The notes under the pieces are model-generated. The model worked only from the letters and a program-made list of their open reading frames with translations, did not search any database and was not told the origin of the DNA. Shown here one piece after another: positions 48,683 to 60,682 of a stretch of DNA of 64,000 nucleotides (positions are counted from its first letter, which is position 1; each line of letters begins with the position of its first letter). The DNA lies in assembly GCA_013239625.1 (NCBI GenBank), contig MU054323.1:5693220-5757219 (forward strand). The letters run 5' to 3'. The translations under genes and the position numbers were made by a program. The DNA is from Lama guanicoe (taxonomy: Eukaryota).

Positions 48683-51622
48683 ACATTAAAAGAAAAATTA
48701 ATGCCAATCCTTCACAAACGCTTTCAAAAAACTTAAGAGGAGGGAACACTCCAAAAACTCATTTTACAAGGCCATCATTACTCTGATAACAAAGCCAGAT
48801 AAGGACATTACAAGAAAAGAAAAGTACAAGCCAAATCCCTGATGAATATAGATGCAAAAACTCTCAACAAAATACTGTAAGCCAAATTCAACAGCACATT
48901 AAAAAAATCACACACCATGATCAAGTGGGATTTATCCCTAGAATGCAAGGATGCTTCAACATATATCCATCAGTAATGTGGTACACCACATTAACAGAAT
49001 AAAAGATAAAAATCATGACCATCTCAACAGATACAGAAAAAGCATTTTACAAAATTTACTATCCTTTCATGATAAAAATAAACTCCCAATAAATTGGGTA
49101 TAAAAGAAACATACTTCAATATAATAAAGGCATATATGACAAGTCCAGAGCTGACACTATACTCAATAGGGAAAGGTTGAAAGCTTTTTGTGTAATATGA
49201 GGAATGAGACAAGGATGCCCGCTCCTAACACTGCTATTCAACATATTATTAGAAGTCCTAGCCAGAGCTGTCAAGCAAAAAAAAATTTTTTTAAAAGGAA
49301 AAAAGAAATAAAAGGCATCCAAACAGGAAAGGAAGAATTAAAACTGTTTCTGTTTGCATCTTGTGGTAGCTCACAGAGAAAAAGAATGTGACAATGAATA
49401 TAAGTATGTTCATGTATAACTGAAAAATTGTGCTCTACACTGGAAATTGACACAACATTGTAAACTGACTATAACTCAGTTAAAAAAAACACTATCTCCC
49501 TTTGCAAATGACATCATCTTGTAAATAGAAAATTCTAAATACTTCACCAAAAAAAATTTTTAGAACTAATACATGAATTCAATATAGTTTCAGAATACAA
49601 AGTCAACATACAAATATCAGTTGTGCTTCTATATACTAAGCACAAACCCTCTTAAAAAATAAGGAAAAAATACCATTTACAATACCATCAAAAACAATAA
49701 AATACTTAGGGAATAAATTCAACCAAGGAAGTGAAAGATCTGTAACACTGAAAACTATAAAACATTGATGAAAGAAATTAAAGAAAATACAAATAAATGG
49801 AAAGATATCCTGTGTTCACAGATTTTAAGAGTCAATATTGTGAAAATGTCCACACCAGCCAAAGCCATCTATAGTTTCAATGGAATCCATATCAAAATTC
49901 CAATGGCATTTTTCACAGAAATAGAAAAAAAAATCATGTGGAACCACAAAAGACCCTGAACAGCCAAAGCAGTTCTGTGAAAGAAGAACAGAGCTGGAGG
50001 CATCATACTTCCTGATTTCAAACTATGTATACTACAAAACCATAGTAATCAACATAGTATGATACTAGCATAAAAACAGATATACAGAACAATGGAACAA
50101 AATAGACAGCCCAGAAATAAACTCATGCATATACAGTCAACTCATATTTGATGAAGGAATCAAGAATACTCAATGGAGAAAGAATAGTCTCTTCAATAAA
50201 TGGTGCTGGGAAAACTGAATGTTCACATGCAAAGGAAAAAAAATGGACCCCTATCTTATATCATTCAAAAAACTAACTCAAAAAGAATTAAAAACTTAAA
50301 TGTAAGACTCAAAACTGTAAAACTCCTAGAAGAAAACATAGGGGGAAATTTCCTTAGCACTGGTCTTGGCAGTGATTTTTTGGATATGACACCAAAGCAC
50401 AAGCCACAAAAGCAAAAATAAATAAGTAGGACAACATCAAACTAAAAACTCTTCTGCACAGCAAAAGAAATAATCAACAAAATAAATAGGCAACCATGAA
50501 AGGGAAGAAATAGTTCAAACCATGTATCTGACAAGGGGTTGATATCCAAAACTCATATATCTAATAAGGGCTTGATATTAAAACTCATACAACTCAAGAG
50601 AAAAAAAATTCAGTTTAAAAACAGGCAAAAGACTTGAATAAACATTTTTTCCAAAGAAGATACACGAATGGCCAACAGCTACATGAAAAGGTTCGCAACA
50701 TGACTCATCATCTGAGAAATGCAAAGCAAAACCACAATAAGATATCAATCACCTCACACCTATTAAAATGGCTGTTCTCAAAAAGATACGAGATCACAAG
50801 TCCTGGCAAGGATGTAGAGAAGCAGAAACCCTTATGCATTGTTGGTGGGACTGTAAATTGCTTCAGTCACTACGGAAAACAGTATGGAGATTGCTCAACA
50901 AATTTGAAATAGATCTACCATATGACTCAGGAATTCCACTTCTGAGAGTACAGCTGAAGGAAATGAGATAACTATCTCAAATAAATATTTGCACTCGATG
51001 TTCATCGTAGCATTATTCACAAGAGCCAAGACATAGATAACCTAAGTTCCTGTGATGTAAGATTGAATAAAGAAAATGTAGTCTATATATGAGTGTGTAT
51101 ACACAGTGGAATATTATTCAGTCGTAAAAAGTAGAAAATTCTACCATTTGCAACAATGTGGATGGACTTTGAGGGCATCAAGTTAAGTGAAATAAGTCAA
51201 AGAAAGATAAACACTGGATGATCTCACTTGCATGTGGAATCTTGAAAAACCAAACCCATAAAAACAGAAAGTAAATTGGTGGTTGCTAGAGGCTGGGAGG
51301 TGGGGAAAACAGGAAAATATTGGTTTAAAAGGTACAAATTTTCAATTATAAGATAAACAAGTTCTGGAAACCTAACGTACAGCATGATAACTACAGTTAA
51401 CAATACTGTATTGTATACTTGAAAGCTGCTAAGAGAGTAGCAACATTCTCACCACAAAACAAACAAACAAAAATGGTTACTATGTGAAGTGATAAATGTG
51501 TTAATGAACCTTTTTGTGGTCATCATTTTACAAAGAATACATATATAAAATCATCACATCATACACTTTAAAGTTACATGATGCTATATGTCAGTTATAT
51601 CTCAATAAAGATAGGGGAAAAA
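48683..51622 (+). mobile_element. 5'-truncated L1 (L1MA9-like): RT domain, C-terminus and 3'UTR; non-functional
   Basis: CTGATGAATATAGATGCAAAAACTCTCAACAAAATACTG (LMNIDAKxLNKIL); CATGATCAAGTGGGATTTATCCCT (HDQVGFIP); ORF 49765 [17 protein letters not shown]; end TGTCAGTTATATCTCAATAAAGATAGGGGAAAAA. Confidence 0.95.
49359..49487 (+). mobile_element. Young camelid-like L1 3' tip nested in the older L1 RT domain
   Basis: GTAGCTCACAGAGAAAAAGAATGTGACAATGAATAT..TGTGCTCTACACTGGAAATTGACACAACATTGTAAACTGACTATAACTCA plus an A-run; clearly related to the end of the 30338-31028 element. Confidence 0.9.
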
Positions 51623-51627
51623 GCTAG

Positions 51628-51935
51628 CTGGAACCAAATCCTGGAGAATCTAGAATGAGAATATGAGAATTTATTGTATTTGGAAAACATGAAGGGCCAT
51701 TGGTGGTTTGTTGCTCTTAGGAAAAGGGCTGACTCTGTCAATCTGTTAGAGGGATCAGTTTGATGTAGAGTTGAGAATGGATCAGCTAGGAGCAGCTCTT
51801 GAGTCAGGGGGTCCAGAGCCAAAGCTCCAACAGGAGCGGCAGGAATGGAAAGGAAGGGACAGGTTAGGGGATATTTAGGAAGTGATGCAATAGGGCTTGG
51901 TGACTCACTGGTTACAGGGAGTAAGAAAGGGGAGA
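51628..51935 (-). mobile_element. L2 fragment
   Basis: GGAATGGAAAGGAAGGGACAG..GATATTTAGGAAGTG..AATAGGGCTTGGTGACTCACTGG. Confidence 0.6.
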
Positions 51936-52594
51936 CTAGATAAGCCTATGTATATGATAGGTATACCAGGTCACCATAACTGACATTGTGTCATCATGAT
52001 GGAAAAATACTATAATGACACCTCGACAGTTACTTCATGTCACAGTGACAGACAGATACCATCTATTATGGTGACACACATGTATACCAATTATTATGTC
52101 AGGGATACCATGTCATAGTGACAGATGTGACATCTTTTTCATTGTTTTTATAGACAACCTACCATGGCATGACCATGGCATGCATTTATTATGTCTTCCT
52201 TCCATAGCGATACAGTTGGGCAATATGACAGAGAGAACCAGGCTGTTGTATGCAATCAGCATCTTAGCAACTAAAAGACACATAAAAGTGGTATGACAGA
52301 TTTGCTGTGCCATTGTTACAAGTGAGCTTGATAGCGTCCACTCTTAATGAAAGTGATATTGTTCACATACATAGTTATAAAGCTAATTGACCATTTTAAA
52401 TGATGGAGAAGTTTTATATTTTCCTCAGTCTTTATAATAAATGCTGAGAACTCTTTATTCAGATTAGCAGTTCCTGTGATGATTAATGTTGCCATTATAT
52501 GGTGCCACCCCTCCATGGAGGTAGCAGCTGGAAGGGAAAGCTTTCCCAGAATGAACATTAAGTGTTTTTCACTACTTTATTTACTCTTTTTGTT

Positions 52595-52835
52595 ATTTAG
52601 ATATTATGTTCCATTTACTATGTGCCAAGCACCATTTTAAGTGCCTTTACACTCTCACTTGATCCTTACAACAATCCTATGAAGCAGGAATACTATGTCC
52701 ACTTTATTGATGAACAAAATGAGGCATGAAGAGATCACTGAGGCTAGTGGGTGGTGAAACTGAGATTCAAACCCAAGAAGCCTGGTCCAAGCTCTTTTTT
52801 TTTTATCCTGGGATCCAAGCTCTTAACCTCTACAT
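52595..52835 (-). mobile_element. MIR SINE
   Basis: TTTACTATGTGCCAAGCACCATTTTAAGTGCCTTTAC..ATCCTTACAACAATCCTATGAAG..TGAGATTCAAACCCAAG..GCTCTTAACC. Confidence 0.85.
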
Positions 52836-52847
52836 TAATGTTGCCTC

Positions 52848-53410
52848 TGCATCTGTTAGGATGCTTTTAGTTGTAAGTAACAATCTCAAATTGGCTTGAA
52901 CATTAAAAGAGAGTTATTGGCCCCCATAATTGAATTAGGCGTGGCTTTAGGCAAAACTTGATTTAAAGGCTCAAGAGATGTGACGAGGACCTGAGTTCTA
53001 ACTCTCAAATTCTCAGCCAAAGTTTTTTGGCCGTGGCTCTAACCTCAGCAGGCTCTCCTGATCATTACCAGATGGCTATTCATAGTTCCTGGATGTGCTT
53101 CCAGGCTCTAATTCAGAGGAAAAGAGAGGTCCACATACCTGATATCTCAAACAAAAGTCTTTGGGTTGACTCCTGATGACCCTTGATGACCTGAAGTAGG
53201 TCATAAGACATTCACCAAATTTATCACTGTGACCAGCTACTGGGAGGATGGTGTGGTGGTGATGGGGTTCACTGATCCAATTAATCAGGACCACAACTAT
53301 GACTGGAGATAGAGGCAATCCCTTATAAAGTAATCCTTGGAAAATTTTTTTTTGGCAAAAGAAACAAGGGACTAAATCCTAAGGAGGAAACCAATAAATA
53401 CCCATTATAC
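52848..53410 (-). mobile_element. MLT1J/K-like MaLR solo LTR
   Basis: TCTGTTAGGATGCTTTTAGTTGTAAGTAACA..TTGGCTTGAACA..TTATTGGCCCCCATAATTGAA..GGCTTTAGGCAAAACTTGAT..GGCTCAA..ATCACTGTGACCAG. Confidence 0.75.
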
Positions 53411-53487
53411 CATCTTATCTCCACCACCTAGATTGGCATGTGGCACAGAGTAAGTGTTCAGGGAATGTTTGATATTTGAATGGGTGA

Positions 53488-53572
53488 GATAGATGGATGG
53501 ATGGATGATGGATGGATGGATGATGGATGGATGGATGGATGGATGATGGATAGATGGATGATGGATTGATGA
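53488..53572. repeat. Imperfect (GGAT)n/(GAT) microsatellite, probably grown from an L2 tail
   Basis: Read directly; preceded by L2 3'-like TGGCACAGAGTAAGTGTTCA..TGTTTG. Confidence 0.9.
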
Positions 53573-54469
53573 ACGGAAAGCACATGATTAGGATAGAAAA
53601 GCTACACTAGGCCCTTCTCCAACGTTCATAAACTCCAAATTAGTTACCAGAAAGAGTCATATGGATCATGGGACCAGAGTGAAGATGGGCTGACTGAGAA
53701 ATGTTTTCCTCCCAGAACTTACAACTTCGCCCAGGCCCTCTTCAGTGATTATAATTAGGCTATTGGTTTAGGTGACCATTCTTGACTCTTGAACTTGAGA
53801 TACAAAGACTTATTTGTGTCTCTTCAGGGTTCTTAATGACTCCAACTCTTCTGGTATTCATGGATTATAATGTAAGTCTCAATTGTCTCTACCCTTGAGC
53901 AACTCTGGTCCTTGAGTAGATCCCACAGAGAAACTACTGTGTTTCCCATTTAATTTGAAAATCTCCTGGATCTAGCTTAAGTGTGTTTTAAGTGATTTAT
54001 TCTGGAACACTTGGCATGTCACTGAGGAAGGAAAACATACTGCTCATTAAAGGAAATTATCAGGTTTCCTCATTTCCAGCAAGGAATATGAAAGGTCAGA
54101 ACTCACTCCATCCTAGCTCCCTTAAATAAATCAGCCCATCTGTGCAAATTGAGCCTAGAAATAAAGTTCCCTGCAGCTGTGGGCATTATAGTGGCCCTGC
54201 TTCCTTGATGTCCCTCTACCATGATCCAGATCCATGAGGCACTGCACCTTGACTCCCAGGGTTTCCTTGGAGCTAACTGATGGACAACACACTTAGACTC
54301 AATTGTCAACTTTGGCTCCAACAATCCCCTATAAGAGACAACTTACCATGTTGACACTTCCACTTCCACTCCCACCCCAGGCCCAGTGGGAAGTGAGGTC
54401 TGATCTATGTCAACAGCTAATCTTTGCCTCAAATCAGGAGAGGCCAATAAGATAGGGAGAAAAATCCTT

Positions 54470-54635
54470 AGACTCATAGAAAGCCCTTAAAGATGGTATT
54501 GTCAAACACCTAACAGTACAATTGAGAAATAATAAGAGGCAAAGGGGAAGACAACTTGCCCAGAGCCATACTGGGCTAAAAACCAGGACCAGAACTGAAG
54601 CCGCCCAGTCCCCTAGCCAGGGCTTCATCACAACC
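54470..54635 (-). mobile_element. MIR-family fragment
   Basis: CCTTAAAGATGGTATTGTCAAAC..GGGGAAGACAACTTGCCCAGAGCCATAC..CCAGGACCAGAAC. Confidence 0.5.
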
Positions 54636-57600
54636 CTTCACTGGCTTTACAGACCTGGCTTTGCAAAATGGCTAACATTTGCCTTACACCATACTTCTGG
54701 AGGAGCCACACGTGTCTGGGTCCATATCTACGTGTGTGCACACACACACAGGAGAAAGACACGATACAAAGAGAAGACATGAGGGCTTTCAAAGCACATG
54801 TATAAGGCACAGCACAACATCCCTTCAGCCTGGCCATGTCCCACCTACTCAGAGAGACCATTGACAGGAAGAACTGAAAATATGGCAGCCCACTTCTGTG
54901 ACAGGGACACAAAGTGAAAAAACTAATGGAATTCAGCACTCAAAATGCAGATTCCTGAGGCCTTTCCCCTGTTCCTGCAGACTGTGCCTCCCATCCCCGG
55001 AGTGGCCAGGAGTCAGTGTACTTTACTCTGGACAGTACTCCAGCGGTCAGGCAAAGACCAGTGGTTAATGGCTAGGGAGATCAGGTGAAAATCTGTCATG
55101 CCCTTTTCTCCAGTGTTTCTGCACTTATTTAAAAGCCATTTCATTAAGCTTAAAGCCCAAGACACTTGTAACTATATTGAAAAATCAAAGTCACTTAGGA
55201 ACACAGAAAATGGAAATGGCTGGAATCTGGTTTGGAGAAAAGTACAAGGATGGAAAAGAGCCTCCAAACCTGAGCTGATTACCAGCTTTTCCTGGTCATT
55301 CCAGCTAGATATGTGGCTGTCAATGGAGATCAAATCTTTTTAGAATCACTGTAATTTCCAGGGGCAATTTGCCCTCCAGGCAGTGGGAGGAACAGACGAC
55401 CAGGGCTAACAGGACAGTGACAGCCAGCCAGAGCTCACAGTCTCAGGATGTGCCTCTCCCTGGACAAGGGTTCAGTCTCCTGCATGCTCCTCCTCTCCCC
55501 GCCAGCTGACTGTAAGTTCCTGAGGCTGGGGTGCTCCTCTCTCTGCCCCTCTCAGGCTCTGTAGAAGCTTCACTTAGTGCTCAGGACACCTGGTCGACCA
55601 CATTTGCTTCATTCCCAGCCACGCTTTTTCTTCTTCCTGTGAACCCAGAAACTTTGCTCATGATACCTTAGTCTTGCTGGGACATAACTTTACTGTGAGT
55701 AAGTACATCTTATCTCCCTTTAATTCTAAACCCTTAAAAGGTAGACCATCCATCCTATTACCTGCTTACTCCCTCCTGCAGTGCTATGATGTAGAATACC
55801 CAAACAAGCAAATGAACAAATGAAGCTTTTGTCTAAATCAAGGCTCCACTCCATGCACAGTGGTCTTGTCAGACCACCCTGAGCATCTCTCGTAAAGTAG
55901 GTACCCAATGGATGTTTGTGGAAATGTTGGGTCAGCCTTTTCTTTGAGAAACTCATCAGATGGATCAATGTGATCCCTTGTTCAGAGGCACATAGTCTGC
56001 CTATGAAAATCCAGAACAGGGATGGGCCAGCCCAGTTAGAAGCCCCTTGTCTGCAGGAGTCACAGTTTGTCTTTCCAAATGCAAGGAAAGGGAAGCAGTA
56101 ATGTCTGGTTCGTTCTAAAGTAACATCAGGCAATTAAACTCAGGGAGACTCGTGGAAGATCAGAAGTCAGCAAAGCCAAATTTCCAAACAAAGTTGGAAT
56201 ACATTTGAAGAAGCAATGCTTGAAATCTCCCAAGATGAAAATAGCTGAAGAATGATGTTTTAGGAACTCAGATTTAACTCAGCAAGTGACAGTTCAGCAA
56301 GATGAGCTGTGAGCTGGGCAGTGAGACAAGCGGATGAGCTCATCCTCGGGCCGCCCACAATCTGACCCAACCTGCTGCTGCGGGCGAGTGAGGTGCAGGC
56401 TCAGACTGGCTTTTTAAAAGGTGGAGAGAAATGGATGTGACTCGGCTGACCCCAGGGTCCAGAGCCAAAGCTTTCTCGGACATCTAATGCGGCTGGTTCC
56501 GGATAAGACATGGTTTTGAAATGCGATGGAAGGGGGTCAAAGAGGAAGGATAGAAATGCAATTTGTAAAATCTTTGTGTTGTGATAAAAATCCAATACAA
56601 CTGGACTGAGTGAGGGCTTGAAATTCCATCAGTTCTGTGAACCATCCCCAGAGTGCAGGGGAAGAGGCTGGGTTTTACCATGTCAAAAAGTCAGCAATAA
56701 AAGAACTGTCCTGCAGTCCGGGCAGAGCCAAGCTGACATTTCTGCCCAAGACGCTTTCCTTTTAAGGGCCAGGACTTTAAAGAATGTGCTTTTCAGCCTC
56801 TCCCACGAGCTCACACTGGCAAAGCCGAGGCAGAAGGAGCCGTGTGCACAGTGAGACGTGTTTTTCTCATTACCCTCAGATGCCTTTCCAGACTTGCTTC
56901 CTGACTCCTCCCTCCAGGCACTTTTCCCAGGCAGGGGTACTATGGCTGGAGGGCTGTTGAGGGGAACAACTTTGGAAGGAAGGTGAAAAGAAAGGTTTTC
57001 AGGTCTAGCTATCCTGAGGACTAGCTGAATATCATCTGGTCAGGTGTACAGTGAGTGTGTACATCGAGGGGAGGGTTCGGTCCTGCCCCAGAAATCCACA
57101 GCTCTACCCTCCGATGTGTAAAAACTCAAGTCTGAATGTTGCTTAAGGTGGCCAGGCATTCATTCATTCATTCATTTAACAAATAATTCTCGAAAACCTT
57201 CTTTTTACCCAAATACACACAAAGGAAGTCGTGTCAGCATGACACTATATTGAAGCTGCATCTCAAACAATCCCAAAGCAACTGCTTGTGATGTTTTTCT
57301 CGTCATCAGCTGCAACGCTTTCTAAATTCTGCTATAACCTCTTCCTGGAGTATAAAAAGGGAACTGGGCATCTGGAAGACCACAGACGACCGAGTCCATA
57401 TTTTAGTGTTCTCAGCCAATCAGTCAATAAGCAGGAACTGAACATTGCCTATGGATGGGTCTACTAATCAGAATATATTTCTGGTTAAACTGGAAATATG
57501 GGTTTGGTATACGACATTTTACTTTAACAGACGTGTTTGATGGGGATGGCTCAATCCAGAACGTTGGTCACCAAAAAGCTAAAGTCATTTCAAACCTTCT

Positions 57601-58284
57601 AGGCCCAATAGAATCTTCAGAATAAGTTTATGAGTGAAGATTTCTTTCCATTGCTCAGTTAAAACTGAACTTTTGCATTAAAACAATAGGGCTGCATTTT
57701 ATCTCGAGTGTTACAATATTCAGCCATGGAGATGAAAAAAATTTCCAGGTAATTTGACCAGTGATTTCTGCATAGATATCAAAATTACACACAAAAGTCT
57801 AAGAGCGCATTGCAACTAGCTAGAATGTCTTAGAAGCCTTTAATCTACTTAGTAGAAGGACTAAGGACAGTGCCCAAAGTCTATACTTTTTTCCAGTCTC
57901 TAAGTTATTTCATAAACATCATTTGCATTTTAGAGTGTAACAACAGCTGATGTCAGTACAGTAGTCATTCTCACACACAGTTATAAGGCTTTTGAAGAAG
58001 AAGCTATATATGCACATATATTTTTTCTTTTTTTTTTTTTTTGGTCTTTAAGAGAATTTTGGATACCAAAAGGCACAAACCCATGCATTCACACACCTAT
58101 AACAAAAATATCAGTTTTTATGAGAACTCTCAGAGCAGAAATTCACAGTATTAGAAAGGCTACCCAATGACCACTGCTCTCAGATAAGCTTCACCCACGT
58201 CAGACATCAGTTATGTTTCCTAAACTATAATGTGAAGATACATATTAAGAAGTATGAGACAGTAACGAGTGTTAAAATATTTAG

Positions 58285-58545
58285 ATATTAAAAGGTGTTC
58301 TGCCACAGAAAGGTTCAGTGGCCAACTCACTTTGGGAAAAATGGTAGGTTAAACCAAACCAAATAAGTTGGCACTCTGTTTATTGCTTGTTTTCACCACC
58401 AAATTCTGAAGGAGCTTTAATACACTACCACACACTGCGAATTCCAAGATGGGAATGGAGCATGAACCATTTTCAGAACCTAACTGAGCACAGAAGAATT
58501 TTGTCAAGGGATGCCAGTCTTCTTCAGGAAATACTTCTATAAAGG
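58285..58545. mobile_element. MER103C-like hAT-Charlie element
   Basis: AAGGTTCAGTGGCCAACTCACTTTGGGAAAAATGGTAGGTTAAACCAAA..GCTTTAATACACTA..GAATTCCAAGATGGG. Confidence 0.65.
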
Positions 58546-58619
58546 ACCTCTGCTTTGGTCGTAAATATTGTAGGGAACACCTTGGCTCTGTGGAATTTCC
58601 TTTGACCCACCCTCCAGGT

Positions 58620-58823
58620 AAAGATGAACCCTACTTTGTGGCCCCACAGTTCTCCGAATAAAGTACACTGGATCCCAAATATTCTCCTGTCTTACAAACA
58701 CCTTATATATTTATTTATCCAAAGACAAATTATGCATTATTCATCCACGTGTATTCATCAGAGTCTGGTCCATGGTCACTATATAGTGACCAGATAGTAG
58801 AATCTTTGAATGAATGAATGAAT
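58620..58823 (+). mobile_element. L2 3' end with (TGAA)n tail
   Basis: TTATTCATCCACGTGTATTC..ATATAGTGACC..TTTGAATGAATGAATGAATG. Confidence 0.55.
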
Positions 58824-59714
58824 GTTACTATTAAAAAATAACCTTCTCTACTCAGGTTTCAGGCATATCAGTTTCTCCGCTTGGATGACCTCACCCGCAG
58901 CATGGTTAATACTGACCAATTCATTCTGCCACGTGAACCGTCATCTGTGACTCAGTATCCACACTGGAGTACACTTAGGAGCTCTGAAACAGTCTTTGTC
59001 AGGTTCTGTCCCGCCCAGTGAGCTCCCTCCTGGCAGAACCCCAGGCCCTCCGTGGACTGGCGCCAGCCTCCCCTCTTGCTCCGACTTTCCCCTGCTTCCT
59101 GTCACACACCCCCGACCTCAGCCAAACAGCACGACTCCATCATCTCTAAACCCGTTGTCTCCATCCTCAGTCTTCTGACAAATGGTCAGCCAAAGCCTGC
59201 TGAGGCCTGGGCATTGCACCACCCACTGGGTTACAAAGATGAACAGATGTGGCTGCTGCTCCCAAAGAGGTCACCATAGACATGTAAGCGGACATAGGCT
59301 GTGACAGACCCCAGTACAAGGTACTACATTAGGCAGAAAGGGTACTGGCGAAGGCTGCAGAAGCAGGAGCTGCTATTTAAGCCGGATCATTCCTTGAACT
59401 ATATATTACCACTGAGTGCAGTCACTGGTCCTCAAAGGCAAGAATCCATGCCCCACCCCTCTTCTACTTCTTATTTCCACCGAATAAACTCACAAGGCAT
59501 GGCCACGTAGGATAGCGGACATCCTCATTCGTGCGTTGCATTGGATGAGCTGTATACCTAGACAGTCCTACAAATAATGGCTCTCTGAGAGCAGGGAGGA
59601 AGGAAGTAGGAGGCGGCTTACCAGGGCAGCCCTCACAGTGTTGGAGGTGGCACCTCACAGCTGCTGCTGGGCAAGGTGGAGATTCTGGCATTGCCACTGC
59701 CACACGTAAGCACT

Positions 59715-60247
59715 CTTGGCTGTTGTTCTGGTGGCAAGCTGACATAATTGCAAACCTTGGTCTTATAGTCAACAAACTCTTTAAAGACCATTTGAGAAAA
59801 AAAAATGAGTTCTGGGTTCTTACCTTCTGGTAAGATCGAGAGAGCACCAGCTCTAGAACTTGAAAATGGGTGTCAAGTTTAGGGAAGAAAATCCCAGATC
59901 AGCAGTGACATGCTCTGGGATAGAAAGGCTCGTAGTCACTGCTGTCGACGTCAGGGAGGAAGGCGTGGAGAACCACAGAAGCAGCGACGCTAAGTCAGAG
60001 AGCCTTTCAGAAGAGCCCATCTTATGAAGACAGTTTAAGAATATTGCCACCAATGTATTTGGCTTATATTTTCATTTTACTGTGTGCACAAGTGTCTTAA
60101 GGAGCTCTTACACTAAGTATAAAATTACAATTCTAAGTTATAAGGCAATGTGGTCATAGTTTAATTGGCAGTGCTTTTTTCCTCAGAGGGACATAAAATA
60201 ATGGTGCATCTTAAAATCAATAGTGTCTTAGATGCTTTGAAACACAC
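59715..60247 (+). mobile_element. Tc1/mariner Tc2-group (Kanga-like) DNA transposon 3' remnant with pseudogenised transposase
   Basis: Frameshifted translation SGGKLT*LQTL / VNKLFKDHLRKKNEFW / PSGKIERAP matches the pogo/Tc2 DDE_1 motif (GGxTxxLQPLDxxVNKPFKxxLR); end ATAATGGTGCATCTTAAAATCAATAGTGTCTTAGAT..GAAACAC resembles the Kanga/MER104 terminus. Confidence 0.75.
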
Positions 60248-60629
60248 AGGCTACTTGTTTATCCAGTTAACCCACTGAATCCTAACCGTAATTAAGTTTT
60301 CTCTTTATGTGTCGCTCCAGTTGAGTTGAAAGCTTCTCCAGTCCATTAGCTCACCACCTGAGCTCTGAAAGATATGTCAGTGTTCTCTGTGTTCTCTGGA
60401 AGAGAACAGCAAAAATGTGAAAAACTTTAATATTTAATAGTGGCCAGTTATCCTCATTTCTGGTTTCAGGCAGTAGATGGGGATGACTTCATTGCTCTGC
60501 AGGCAACTGTATTGATGGAATGGGCCTCACTCTGTGCAACAGATGTGTTCCTGGAGAAGATGTGCTTAATTTAGAATTTTTTTTAATTCAATTGTGCTCC
60601 CACAGAAAAACAGTTTGCTTAAGACATCT

Positions 60630-60682
60630 CACACACACACTCATACACACAACACACAACACACACACAGAGACACACACAC
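60630..60682. repeat. Imperfect (CA)n tract
   Basis: Read directly from the sequence. Confidence 0.8.

Noticed and set aside
48683..48720. This L1 starts almost where the deletion in the 10885 L1 begins, suggesting one split element
   Set aside because: Both elements have their own post-RT region and 3'UTR, so they are separate insertions and the breakpoint proximity is likely coincidence
50521..50585. Diverged ~33-bp tandem duplication in L1 ORF2
   Set aside because: Ordinary old slippage in a dead element
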